Origin: Anaerolineaceae bacterium
GTDB lineage: Bacteria > Chloroflexota > Anaerolineae > Anaerolineales > Anaerolineaceae
NCBI GenBank assembly: GCA_035340555.1
Contig: DAOQTN010000001.1
Location: 1 to 28,342, forward strand
Reading direction: 5' to 3'
Length of the DNA: 28,342 nt
Each line of letters starts with the position of its first letter. Position 1 is the first letter of the stretch. This document shows positions 7,202 through 15,787 of the stretch, in pieces. The notes below the pieces were generated by a model, which saw only the letters and a list, made by a program, of their open reading frames with translations, had not been told where the DNA came from and did no database searches. The position numbers were made by a program, and so were the translations under genes.

Positions 7202-8503
7202 TTGAGCCCGAATCCGCCCACAGCTGTTCCTTTTGAATCACAGCCGCCCCAGGTAATGAAGCGAAATTTTTTCCTGGGCGCCATTAATGGTGTTTTATTC
7301 GTATTTGCCGAGACCTTGTTTGATCCCACGTTGGTGGTTACATCGTTGGCAAATCAGTTGGGGGCTTCGGCGTTCATTCTGGGATTGTTTGGCCCCATCA
7401 GCAGTGCCGGATGGTATCTGCCACCGTTCTTTGTGTCCGGTTATGTGCAGAGCCGCCCATTGAAAATTGCGGTCTATCGGGGCATGTCCTTCATTCGCAT
7501 CGCCTGTTGGATTTTACTGGCGGCAGTGGTTAATCTGGTGCGTGATCCGGCTTGGATTTTAATTTCCTTGATTGCCGCCTACAGCATTGCTTCACTGGCC
7601 TCGGGAATTGGCGGGTTGCCGTTTTTGGAAGTGGTGAGCAAGACTGTCCCGCCCGCCCGCCGCGGCGAATTGTTTGCTTGGCGGCTGGGACTGGGGGGGC
7701 TGTTGGGCATCACCGCCAGCGGCCTGGTTCGCTGGCTGCTTGATCCAGCCACCCCGATCGCATTCCCCAGCAACTACGGTCTGCTGGCCATTGGATTCTG
7801 CTTGTTTGCGTCAGTCTCCTTGATGCTGTTCAACCAAATCAAGGAAATGCCGGATGCCAATCCCAGACCCTCCCGGCCATTTCAACAGCAATTGCGCATT
7901 GCCGTGGGAATTGTGCGTTCCAGTCCAAACTACCGGCGACATCTGCTGACCCAGGCCCTGCTGTTTATCGGTGTGGCAGCGGTCCCCTTTTATACTGTTT
8001 TTGTCAACCGGGAGCTGGATGCACCGCTCCAATGGGTGGGCGTTTACCTGGCAGTCCAAATGGTGGCCAATTTACTGGCAAACCTGTTGTTTGGCTGGTT
8101 ATCACGACGAGTGGGGAACCAAAAGGTGCTGACAATTGGCGCAGCAGCCGGAGTGTTGGGTGGGGCCATCATGGTCGGGGTGGTTTTGCTGGCCAAGCCG
8201 CTGGCCATCGCGGGACTCACTGCCGCCTGGTTGCTGACCCCCGTATTTGCAATGGTCGGCATCCGGGTGGCGGCAGTGGGCGTGGCTTCCCCCAGCCTGA
8301 TGCTCAATATTGTTCCAGTCGAAGAGCGGTCGTTGATGATTGGATTTACCCAGACCGTGGGAGGGCTGGTTGTGCTTTTGACCATGACCAGTGGACTGAT
8401 TGTTGGTGCAGTCGGATACCCGACCCTGATGGTTATTTCATTAGCTGCCTATATTGGGGCCATGTTTCTGGCAACACAGATTCGCGAACATCCTGATCTT
8501 TAA
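7202..8503 (+). CDS. MFS transporter
   Basis: About 12 hydrophobic segments in two halves, with loop motifs KTVPPARRGELF and GWLSRRVGNQKVL. TTG start with an AGGAG ribosome-binding site. Confidence 0.88.
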   Translation: MSPNPPTAVPFESQPPQVMKRNFFLGAINGVLFVFAETLFDPTLVVTSLANQLGASAFILGLFGPISSAGWYLPPFFVSGYVQSRPLKIAVYRGMSFIRIACWILLAAVVNLVRDPAWILISLIAAYSIASLASGIGGLPFLEVVSKTVPPARRGELFAWRLGLGGLLGITASGLVRWLLDPATPIAFPSNYGLLAIGFCLFASVSLMLFNQIKEMPDANPRPSRPFQQQLRIAVGIVRSSPNYRRHLLTQALLFIGVAAVPFYTVFVNRELDAPLQWVGVYLAVQMVANLLANLLFGWLSRRVGNQKVLTIGAAAGVLGGAIMVGVVLLAKPLAIAGLTAAWLLTPVFAMVGIRVAAVGVASPSLMLNIVPVEERSLMIGFTQTVGGLVVLLTMTSGLIVGAVGYPTLMVISLAAYIGAMFLATQIREHPDL

Positions 8504-8848
8504 TTGCCCGCTCTCATATTCAGTCGTTTCAGTCCGATAGTCAATCTGCTAACAGCAATCAGGTCCTGGATTGTCGTTTTATCCTGAAAAAGAAGCCTTC
8601 CAAGGACGAATTTCCAGACAAGCCAACGATAAGCCAGCAGTTCGGTAATAGTTTGGTTCTTCCAAGCCTCAGGGCTGGATCAAATCACATCCACTGTTCA
8701 GACCTGGCGCTTGAAATCCAAATCAATCCAGCCAGTCTGGCCCGGCGGCATGGCTTGTCAGCCTCTGGGGATTATTAGAATGCAAATTGCATCAGTGATT
8801 GGTGTTGATCGGTACCCCAAACATAACCAAAGCGTCATAGGGCAAGGT

Positions 8849-9628
8849 TTAAGATGCCAACAGGTCAGTCCGACGTACTTCCCGCAAAAACTGCGGTGTG
8901 TTCAACCGCCGTTCCAGCAAATAGGTGAGATATTGCTGGAGCAGGCTTTCCATCTCCCGGCGGACCGGCTCGGATGGTTCGGCGCGGAGGGCGTCACTGT
9001 AGCTGGAGCGTTGCAGATGACGCAGGTATTTCAGAGCAGTCATTGAAATTGGCCAGGCTTGTGTGCCCGGGATGCTACCGCAGCGGGGACAGAGCACGCC
9101 ACCCTGCATCGCTGAAAAAAATTGATCCTGGGGTTTTACCACGTCACCACAGTCTACACAATGAAATAATTCCGGGCGAAAACCGGTGAGGTCGAGGAGA
9201 CGGATATCATAGTAACGTACTGCCAGGAAAGGATCCGGTAGACTGGCAATGCGGGACAGGGTATCGATAAGCAGGAGGTAAAGTGAGCGATTCTCACCTT
9301 CTTCATAGGTAAAGCGGTCGAGAAGTTCAATCACGTAAGCGGCATAGCCAATGCGGGTCAGATCTTGGCCAATGGGGAGATGGGCATCCACGGTATCTGC
9401 CTGGGTGACAATCCAGGTGTCACGACCGCGCGCCAGCAGCAGCGTCACCCGCGTGAATGGTTCCAGGTGCCCGGCCTTGCGGGAACGAAGCTTGCGGGCC
9501 CCCTTGGCAACAGCCCGCAGCTTGCCCGCTTCACGCGTAAAAAGGATCAGCAGGCGATCCGCTTCGCCCCAGTCCGTGTGTCGCAGCACAACCGCCTCCA
9601 CCCGCAGAGAACGAGCCTCTTTTGGCAT
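8849..9628 (-). CDS. recO: DNA repair protein RecO
   Basis: N-terminal OB fold (EAVVLRHTDWGEADRLLILFTREAGKLRAVAKGARK...GHLEPF) and the zinc finger CVDC...CPRC. Confidence 0.97.
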   Translation of the reverse strand: MPKEARSLRVEAVVLRHTDWGEADRLLILFTREAGKLRAVAKGARKLRSRKAGHLEPFTRVTLLLARGRDTWIVTQADTVDAHLPIGQDLTRIGYAAYVIELLDRFTYEEGENRSLYLLLIDTLSRIASLPDPFLAVRYYDIRLLDLTGFRPELFHCVDCGDVVKPQDQFFSAMQGGVLCPRCGSIPGTQAWPISMTALKYLRHLQRSSYSDALRAEPSEPVRREMESLLQQYLTYLLERRLNTPQFLREVRRTDLLAS

Positions 9629-9659
9629 GCTTCTATTTAACCACAGTTCCTCAAGTTTT

Positions 9660-9668
9660 TGTTACAAT
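9660..9668 (+). promoter_or_regulatory. Extended -10 promoter for the mgtC-antiporter pair
   Basis: TG-T-TACAAT about 30 nt upstream of the ATG at 9697. Confidence 0.5.
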
Positions 9669-9696
9669 GGAACCAAACTTCTCTCCGGAGCGAAAA

Positions 9697-10332
9697 ATGT
9701 ATTTGCAACCCGAAGACTTGTTAAAAATATTGTTGGCTGTCCTGGTGGGAGGACTGATCGGGGTTGAACGCGAGTATCGCGACAAGGCAGCGGGATTCCG
9801 AACCCTGATTTTTATTTGTGTGGGGGCAACATTATTCACCATTTTGTCAACACGCTTAGCTGGAGATAAGGATCCGACTCGTATTGCAGCAAGCATTGTA
9901 ACCGGGGTAGGCTTTTTGGGTGCGGGCGTGATTTTGCGTGATGGGGGACGTGTCATCGGGTTAACCACGGCTGCCGCCATCTGGCTGACGGCAGCGTTGG
10001 GGGTTGGCCTGGGCGGGGGCCTTTATGCGCTGGGGGGGGCGACAACGGTACTGGCACTGATCGTATTGTGGGTACTGCCCATTTTCGAACATCGCTTGGA
10101 CGATCTTTGGGAAGAACGTACGTATGAAATCATTTGTGCGCTGGCACCAGAAAAAGTGATCGAACTGGAACACCTGTTTACCCAGAACAAGCTGCGTGTT
10201 AAAACCCACCGGTTGACCCGCTCCGGTGGTGAGATGACCATTACGTTTCAAGTGCGCGGTCCGCTGCGCCATCACGAGAAAGCCCTGGAACAACTATTTA
10301 CCCGTGATGATGTCCATACCTGTCATTATTAA
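9697..10332 (+). CDS. MgtC/SapB family membrane protein with an ACT-like C-terminal domain
   Basis: Motifs LIGVEREYRDKAAGFRT, DPTRIAASIVTGVGFLGAGVI and GLTTAAAIW. Start set at 9697 (GGAG ribosome-binding site); the longer ORF overlaps recO. Confidence 0.92.
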   Translation: MYLQPEDLLKILLAVLVGGLIGVEREYRDKAAGFRTLIFICVGATLFTILSTRLAGDKDPTRIAASIVTGVGFLGAGVILRDGGRVIGLTTAAAIWLTAALGVGLGGGLYALGGATTVLALIVLWVLPIFEHRLDDLWEERTYEIICALAPEKVIELEHLFTQNKLRVKTHRLTRSGGEMTITFQVRGPLRHHEKALEQLFTRDDVHTCHY

Positions 10333-10346
10333 AAAGGGGCGCGACG

Positions 10347-11807
10347 ATGACTGATTTGATCATCGTTGGCGCAGCCGGACTGCTGGTGGTCAGTGTCCTG
10401 GCCAGCCGCATATCGGATCGGTTCGGGGTGCCGGTGTTACTCATTTTCCTTGCCTTGGGAATGCTGGCCGGCTCTGATGGTATTGGAGGAATTTATTTCG
10501 ACAACCCACAAATAGCCCAATCGATTGGGGTGGTGGCTCTGGTGTTGATCCTGTTCTCAGGGGGATTGGATACCGAATGGCGCAGCGTCCGGCCCATTGT
10601 CAAGGAGGGCCTGCTGCTTTCCACCCTGGGAGTCTTACTGACAGCCCTGTTGGTTGGTTTGATCGCCAGCCAGTTGCTCAAGCTTACCCTCGTGGAAGGG
10701 CTGCTGCTAGGAGCAGTGATTTCATCGACCGACGCCGCGGCCGTTTTTTCGGTGCTGCGCGCCAAGGGCATCAATCTCAAAGGACAGCTCAAACCCCTGC
10801 TGGAGTTTGAGTCCGGCAGCAATGATCCCATGGCCATTTTCCTCACCACTGGATTGATCCAAATCCTGACCCAGCCCGAATTCTCAACCGGGGACCTGCT
10901 GGGATCATTTATCCTCCAAATGCTGGTGGGAGCCGGATTGGGACTGGCGGCAGGCTACGGGATGCTTTTTCTGCTGAATCGGATCCGGTTGGGCTATGAT
11001 GGGCTTTATCCGGTGTTCACCACGGCATTGGTCTTTCTCACCTTTGGGATGACCAATATCATTGGAGGCAATGGATTCCTGGCAGTCTACCTGGCGGGGA
11101 TTATGCTCCGCCGGGGCGACTTCATCCATCGTAAAAGTGTGATGCGTTTTCATGATGGTCTGGCCTGGTTGATGCAGATCACCATGTTTCTGACACTGGG
11201 CTTGCTGGTTTTTCCTTCCCGGCTGATACCGATCATGGGCGTGGGTTTATTGATTGCCATTGGCCTGATGTTTGTTGCCCGACCAATTGGTGTCTTTCTG
11301 TCTTTACTGCCCAGCAAGCTAAAAACCCGGGAAAAAGTTTTTATCTCCTGGGTCGGACTACGTGGTGCGGTTCCCATCATCCTGGCGACCTACCCCCTGC
11401 TGGCCGGGTTGGAGCAGTCCGAATTGATGTTCAATGTCGTTTTTTTCGTCGTGCTGACCTCCACCTTGTTCCAAGGAACCCTGATCCCCCAAGTGGCCCG
11501 CTGGCTCAAAGTTGATGCACCACTGGAAACCAAACGGATCTATCCCTTGGAATATACCCGTATGGAAGGGCTCAGCAGCGAGTTGAAGGAGTACTCCATT
11601 CCGGCAGACTCGGCCGTGGTCGGGAAATCCATTGTAGAGCTGGGATTACCGCAGCAATTCCTGATTATGCTAATCGCCCGGGGAAATGAATTTGTGTTGC
11701 CCAGCGGTGGTACGGTCTTGGAAGCCGGTGATGTCCTGCTGGCGTTGACGGATGTTGAATCGAGTGAAACCGTACGAGATAAAATTGCCGTCAAGGATCT
11801 TTCCTGA
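10347..11807 (+). CDS. Potassium/proton antiporter (CPA1, NhaP2/CvrA-type) with a C-terminal TrkA-C/RCK_C domain
   Basis: Motifs ILFSGGLDT, SSTDAAAVF, LEFESGSNDP, WVGLRGAVPIILAT and the C-terminal IARGNEFVLPSGGTVLEAGD. Confidence 0.93.
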   Translation: MTDLIIVGAAGLLVVSVLASRISDRFGVPVLLIFLALGMLAGSDGIGGIYFDNPQIAQSIGVVALVLILFSGGLDTEWRSVRPIVKEGLLLSTLGVLLTALLVGLIASQLLKLTLVEGLLLGAVISSTDAAAVFSVLRAKGINLKGQLKPLLEFESGSNDPMAIFLTTGLIQILTQPEFSTGDLLGSFILQMLVGAGLGLAAGYGMLFLLNRIRLGYDGLYPVFTTALVFLTFGMTNIIGGNGFLAVYLAGIMLRRGDFIHRKSVMRFHDGLAWLMQITMFLTLGLLVFPSRLIPIMGVGLLIAIGLMFVARPIGVFLSLLPSKLKTREKVFISWVGLRGAVPIILATYPLLAGLEQSELMFNVVFFVVLTSTLFQGTLIPQVARWLKVDAPLETKRIYPLEYTRMEGLSSELKEYSIPADSAVVGKSIVELGLPQQFLIMLIARGNEFVLPSGGTVLEAGDVLLALTDVESSETVRDKIAVKDLS

Positions 11808-11836
11808 ACGAACGGGTATCCCAACCCTCAATTGCC

Positions 11837-11845
11837 TGATAAAAT
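11837..11845 (+). promoter_or_regulatory. Extended -10 promoter positioned for a leaderless transcript
   Basis: TG-A-TAAAAT ends 6 nt before the ATG at 11852; there is no Shine-Dalgarno sequence. Confidence 0.55.
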
Positions 11846-11851
11846 AATCCC

Positions 11852-14821
11852 ATGCCAACCAATTCCATCCAGCTTGCTTTTCTTTTCACCGACATCGAAG
11901 GCTCCACACGCCTGTGGGAAGCCCAGCCGGATGAAATGCAGGTAGCCCTGGCCTGCCATGATGAGCGGCTGCGGGCGGTTATTGCCAGCCATGATGGGCA
12001 GGTTTTCAAAACCATTGGAGACGCCTTCTGTGTTATTTTCCCGACCCCCCTGGCAGCCATTCAGGCAGCCCTGGAAGCGCAGCGCGAACTGACAGCCAAA
12101 CTCTGCGGCTCATTGGAATTACGGGTACGCATGGCTGTTCATAGCGGCACCGCTGAAAACCGGGACGGTGACTACTTTGGACAAACTCTCAACCGCGTGG
12201 CCCGCCTGCTGGCTGCCGGACATGGCGGGCAGGTGTTGGTTTCCCAAGTGGCATTTGAACAGGTGAAGGATCAGCTCCCCGCCGGGGTCGGCTTATTAGA
12301 TCTGGGTGAACGCCGCCTGAAGGATCTGGCCCGTCCCGATCACATTTACCAACTTACCGCCCAGGGTTTACGGGATGACTTTCCCGCGCTGCGGACACTA
12401 GAGGCTTTTCGACACAACCTACCCACCCAGCTCACCTCATTTGTGGGGCGGGCGCGGGAATTGAAGGAATTGCAAAACCGTCTGTCTGGACAGCGACTGG
12501 TGACTTTGATCGGCCCAGGTGGAACCGGCAAGACCCGGTTGTCCATCCAGGCTGCCACCGAGATGCTGGATCATTTCACTGATGGCGCCTGGTTGGTGGA
12601 ATTGTCCCCAGTGACGGAACCAGCCCAGGTAATCCGATCCACGGCTTTAACCTTTGGGCTGCGGGAATCTGAAGACCGCCCCCTGTTGCAGGTGTTAAAC
12701 GATTATCTGTACGGTAAAAACTTGCTGCTCATCCTGGATAATTGCGAGCACGTGATTGACGCTTGTGCAACATTGGCTGATGCTTTGTTGGAAGCCAATC
12801 CGCAATTGCATTTATTGGTATCCTCCCGCGAGGCCTTGGGGTTGACTGGGGAAAATATCTTCCGGGTGCCTTCACTGGAAACCCCTGATCCATACCATTT
12901 ACCCGCTTGGGAGCAATTCTCCAACTGTGAAGCCGTTCGATTGTTCGTTGAGCGGGCTGCCTCGGCCCAACCCGAATTTGAATTAACGCCGAATAATGGA
13001 CCTGCGGTGGCACAAATCTGCCAGCGGTTGGACGGCATTCCCTTGGCCATTGAACTGGCCGCGGCCCGGGTAAAAGTTCTCAGTGTGGAACAAATTGCCG
13101 CCCGGTTGGATGACCGCTTCCGGTTGTTGACGGGAGGCAGCCGAACGGCATTACCGCGCCAGCAGACACTGCGCGCATTGATTGACTGGTCTTACGATCT
13201 GCTCAATGAAGCCGAGCGAGTGTTATTCCGGCGACTAGCGGTGTTTTCCGGCGGTTGGACATTGGATGGCGCTGAAACAATCTGTTCAGGCAGTATCAAT
13301 GGGCGGGAACTGACCGATTGGGAGGTTCTGGACCTACTGACCGGATTAGTCAACAAATCACTGGTACTGACCGAACTGCGCAGTGGTGAAACCCGCTACC
13401 GAATGCTGGAGACCATCCGCCAGTACACACGCGACCGGTTGCTCGAATCCGGGGAAAGCACAGCCTGCCGGGACCGGCACCTGCAGTACTTCCTGAACAT
13501 AGCAGAGCAACTGGAAGGGGGATTATGGGGTGCCCAGCAATTGGAGGTATTGAAACGCTTGGATCGGGAGAACGACAACCTGCGGGCAGCCATGGAATGG
13601 AGTCTGGCAGAGGAGAGCGGCCCCGACATCAGCGCCGGGCTGCGGATTGCCTGCACCCTGCCGCCCTACTGGGGGATCCGGGGTCTGTGGACAGAGTGTA
13701 ATGAGTGGTTTAATAAATTTCTGGGATACCCAAATGCGCCCCTATCCAACGCGCTACGGTTGAAGGCGCTTAATCGGGCCAGTCTGGCCGCGGTGGAACA
13801 GGGCAATCGGGACTTGGTAAAATCCAATTTTGAAACCGCCCTGCTACTGGCTGAAAGCCTGGGTGCGCGCGGGGAGCAAGCCTATGCATTATTGGGGTTG
13901 GGCCGAATCGATGAATCGATTGCCATTTTTAGAGAGCTCAATGACCCATTGGGGCTGCTACGTGCCCTGGCAGCCAAAGGAACCAATGCAAATGGAGCGG
14001 GGGATTTTGTAACGGCTCAGCAGGCATTTGAAGAAAATCTGACGCTGTGCCATGCCATCGGCCATCGCATCGGCGCGGCGGGCACGCTGGTGGCGCTGAG
14101 TTTTTTACGCCGGATGGATAATGACCTGGATGTGGCAGAGCAAATGGCGCAAGAGGCTCTGGAGATTTTCCGCACGGCGGATGACCGTCCGGGCATCGGT
14201 GGAGCCACCAATGCCATGGGCATGGCAAAAATGCAGCGCGGCGATCTGGATGCAGCACGGATATACTTGCAAGAAAATCTGGCCATTCAGATTGAACTTG
14301 GCATCGTGCCTTTCATCGGCGTTGCAACCATCCTGCTGTCGGAACTTGAGCGGCTGGCCAAGAATTACGACCGGGCGCTGGAACTGCTGGTACAATGTCG
14401 GGAAATTTTTAGCCGCAATCAGGATCTGCTCAATCTTGCCTTGACCTATATTAATCAGGCGGATATTCTGCAGCGACAGGGGCGAATGGATGAAGCTCGC
14501 GCCGCGCTGGGAGTCTATTTCACTTCAACAGGGATCGATTATGCCACTTACGCACTGGGGTTTTTGAATGTAGCCTACCTGTGCTGGCAGGCAGGTCAGC
14601 CAGAAATTGGCACCCGCTTTTTGGGCGCATTTGCCGGCACTCCCGGCATTGAACAATGGTTGACCCCCGCCGATTATGAGCAGATTGCAGTTGTGACCAC
14701 AGGACTGCAGTCACAACTGCCGCCTCAAGCCTATGAAGCTGCTTATACAGTTGGGAAGCAACTGGCTGAAGAAGACTTGGGCGCGCTCATTACTGAAGCC
14801 CAGGCTTACTTGAAAACATAA
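11852..14821 (+). CDS. Class III adenylate/guanylate cyclase - STAND (NB-ARC-like) NTPase - TPR protein
   Basis: Cyclase motifs FTDIEGST, FKTIGDAF, RMAVHSG and GDYFGQTLNRVARL. Walker A GPGGTGKT, Walker B LLILDNCEH, and LDGIPLAIELAA. About 40-aa TPR-like repeats at the C-terminus. Confidence 0.92.
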   Translation: MPTNSIQLAFLFTDIEGSTRLWEAQPDEMQVALACHDERLRAVIASHDGQVFKTIGDAFCVIFPTPLAAIQAALEAQRELTAKLCGSLELRVRMAVHSGTAENRDGDYFGQTLNRVARLLAAGHGGQVLVSQVAFEQVKDQLPAGVGLLDLGERRLKDLARPDHIYQLTAQGLRDDFPALRTLEAFRHNLPTQLTSFVGRARELKELQNRLSGQRLVTLIGPGGTGKTRLSIQAATEMLDHFTDGAWLVELSPVTEPAQVIRSTALTFGLRESEDRPLLQVLNDYLYGKNLLLILDNCEHVIDACATLADALLEANPQLHLLVSSREALGLTGENIFRVPSLETPDPYHLPAWEQFSNCEAVRLFVERAASAQPEFELTPNNGPAVAQICQRLDGIPLAIELAAARVKVLSVEQIAARLDDRFRLLTGGSRTALPRQQTLRALIDWSYDLLNEAERVLFRRLAVFSGGWTLDGAETICSGSINGRELTDWEVLDLLTGLVNKSLVLTELRSGETRYRMLETIRQYTRDRLLESGESTACRDRHLQYFLNIAEQLEGGLWGAQQLEVLKRLDRENDNLRAAMEWSLAEESGPDISAGLRIACTLPPYWGIRGLWTECNEWFNKFLGYPNAPLSNALRLKALNRASLAAVEQGNRDLVKSNFETALLLAESLGARGEQAYALLGLGRIDESIAIFRELNDPLGLLRALAAKGTNANGAGDFVTAQQAFEENLTLCHAIGHRIGAAGTLVALSFLRRMDNDLDVAEQMAQEALEIFRTADDRPGIGGATNAMGMAKMQRGDLDAARIYLQENLAIQIELGIVPFIGVATILLSELERLAKNYDRALELLVQCREIFSRNQDLLNLALTYINQADILQRQGRMDEARAALGVYFTSTGIDYATYALGFLNVAYLCWQAGQPEIGTRFLGAFAGTPGIEQWLTPADYEQIAVVTTGLQSQLPPQAYEAAYTVGKQLAEEDLGALITEAQAYLKT

Positions 14822-14827
14822 AACGAA

Positions 14828-15781
14828 TTACATTTTAGGTTTGTACACAGCCAGCCGGTTTTGCAGAACCGCACCCCGGCGCCAGCGAACCCACAGCCAG
14901 ATCAGTAACGATCCCAGAGCCATTGCCAAAAATCCAGTCAGACCAGCTTCGGGGCCAAATGCCCCACCAGTCCAGAGCTCTGGCCCTGCCTGCTGAATAC
15001 CTATCAGGGTAGCGGCAGACGTGGTCCCACTGACTGGAAATCCAAAGACGGCACCTTGAAAAAAATTCCAAGTAATATGAATGCCGATTGGGATGGCCAG
15101 TTCGCCGGTAAGAATGAACCCCAGCCCAATAAACAGGCCGGCCAGGATGATATTGAAAGTACTCATAAAACTGGCATTGGGATTGATGATATGAAAAAGG
15201 CCAAACACCGCCGAGGAAACAACGTAGGCAATTATTAGAGCAGTTCGGGGATTTTTACCGCCAAAGTTCAGACCTTCAGCCAGATTGCGCAGGATATAGC
15301 CCCGGAACCAAAGTTCTTCATAAATGCCAACGCTGATGAATTGCATCAAAACCAGACCCCAAACAAATCCAAAAGATGGTCCGGAGACGCGCACTTGCAG
15401 CGTGCCGGGTATCGTGATCCAACCTGCTGCCAGTTCAATGCAAAAAATGATGCCCAACAGAACCGCCCCCAAGGCCAATCCGAAGAAGAAGTCCAGCCAC
15501 CAGTCCCGGGACAAGTGCAATCCAAAGTCCGCCAGTGGGCGGTGATCCAGAATCAAACCGGCCAGCCAGAGTGAGATCAGCACGGCCAGAAGCAGACAGA
15601 TGGTTACACCGATATCCGTAACCCAAGAGCCCAATGGTATCGCAGTGGACACAATGGCAATAAAGCCTAACGGAATAATGCTGACCAGGATGGCCGCCAC
15701 CAACATGAATGCCGCCTGCAGCGCCAGCCGCCAAATAGAACGAGCTCGCTTTTCAGTCGGATTCCAGAAGGGATTGGTCAT
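14828..15781 (-). CDS. CPBP (CAAX protease/Abi) family intramembrane glutamic endopeptidase
   Basis: Motifs EELWFRGY, FGLFH and HITWN; multiple transmembrane segments. Confidence 0.92.
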   Translation of the reverse strand: MTNPFWNPTEKRARSIWRLALQAAFMLVAAILVSIIPLGFIAIVSTAIPLGSWVTDIGVTICLLLAVLISLWLAGLILDHRPLADFGLHLSRDWWLDFFFGLALGAVLLGIIFCIELAAGWITIPGTLQVRVSGPSFGFVWGLVLMQFISVGIYEELWFRGYILRNLAEGLNFGGKNPRTALIIAYVVSSAVFGLFHIINPNASFMSTFNIILAGLFIGLGFILTGELAIPIGIHITWNFFQGAVFGFPVSGTTSAATLIGIQQAGPELWTGGAFGPEAGLTGFLAMALGSLLIWLWVRWRRGAVLQNRLAVYKPKM

Positions 15782-15787
15782 CAGATG

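Noticed and set aside
7038-7241. 67-aa Pro/Lys/Arg-rich minus-strand ORF
   Set aside because: A by-product of the octamer array; it overlaps the MFS start and promoter.
8504-8848. 345-bp spacer between convergent genes as a MITE or pseudogene (TTGCCC/GGGCAA ends; ATGCAAATTGCAT palindrome at 8780-8792)
   Set aside because: Only a 6-bp inverted repeat, no target-site duplication and no recognisable translated fragment; consistent with chance.
9629-9645. Leaderless promoter for recO (TG-G-TTAAAT six nt before the ATG)
   Set aside because: The hexamer lacks the critical -11 A, so it is too weak to call.
9622-9696. Longer N-terminus for the MgtC-family ORF
   Set aside because: Overlaps the recO start and the extended -10 box; the ATG at 9697 has a ribosome-binding site and matches the family start.
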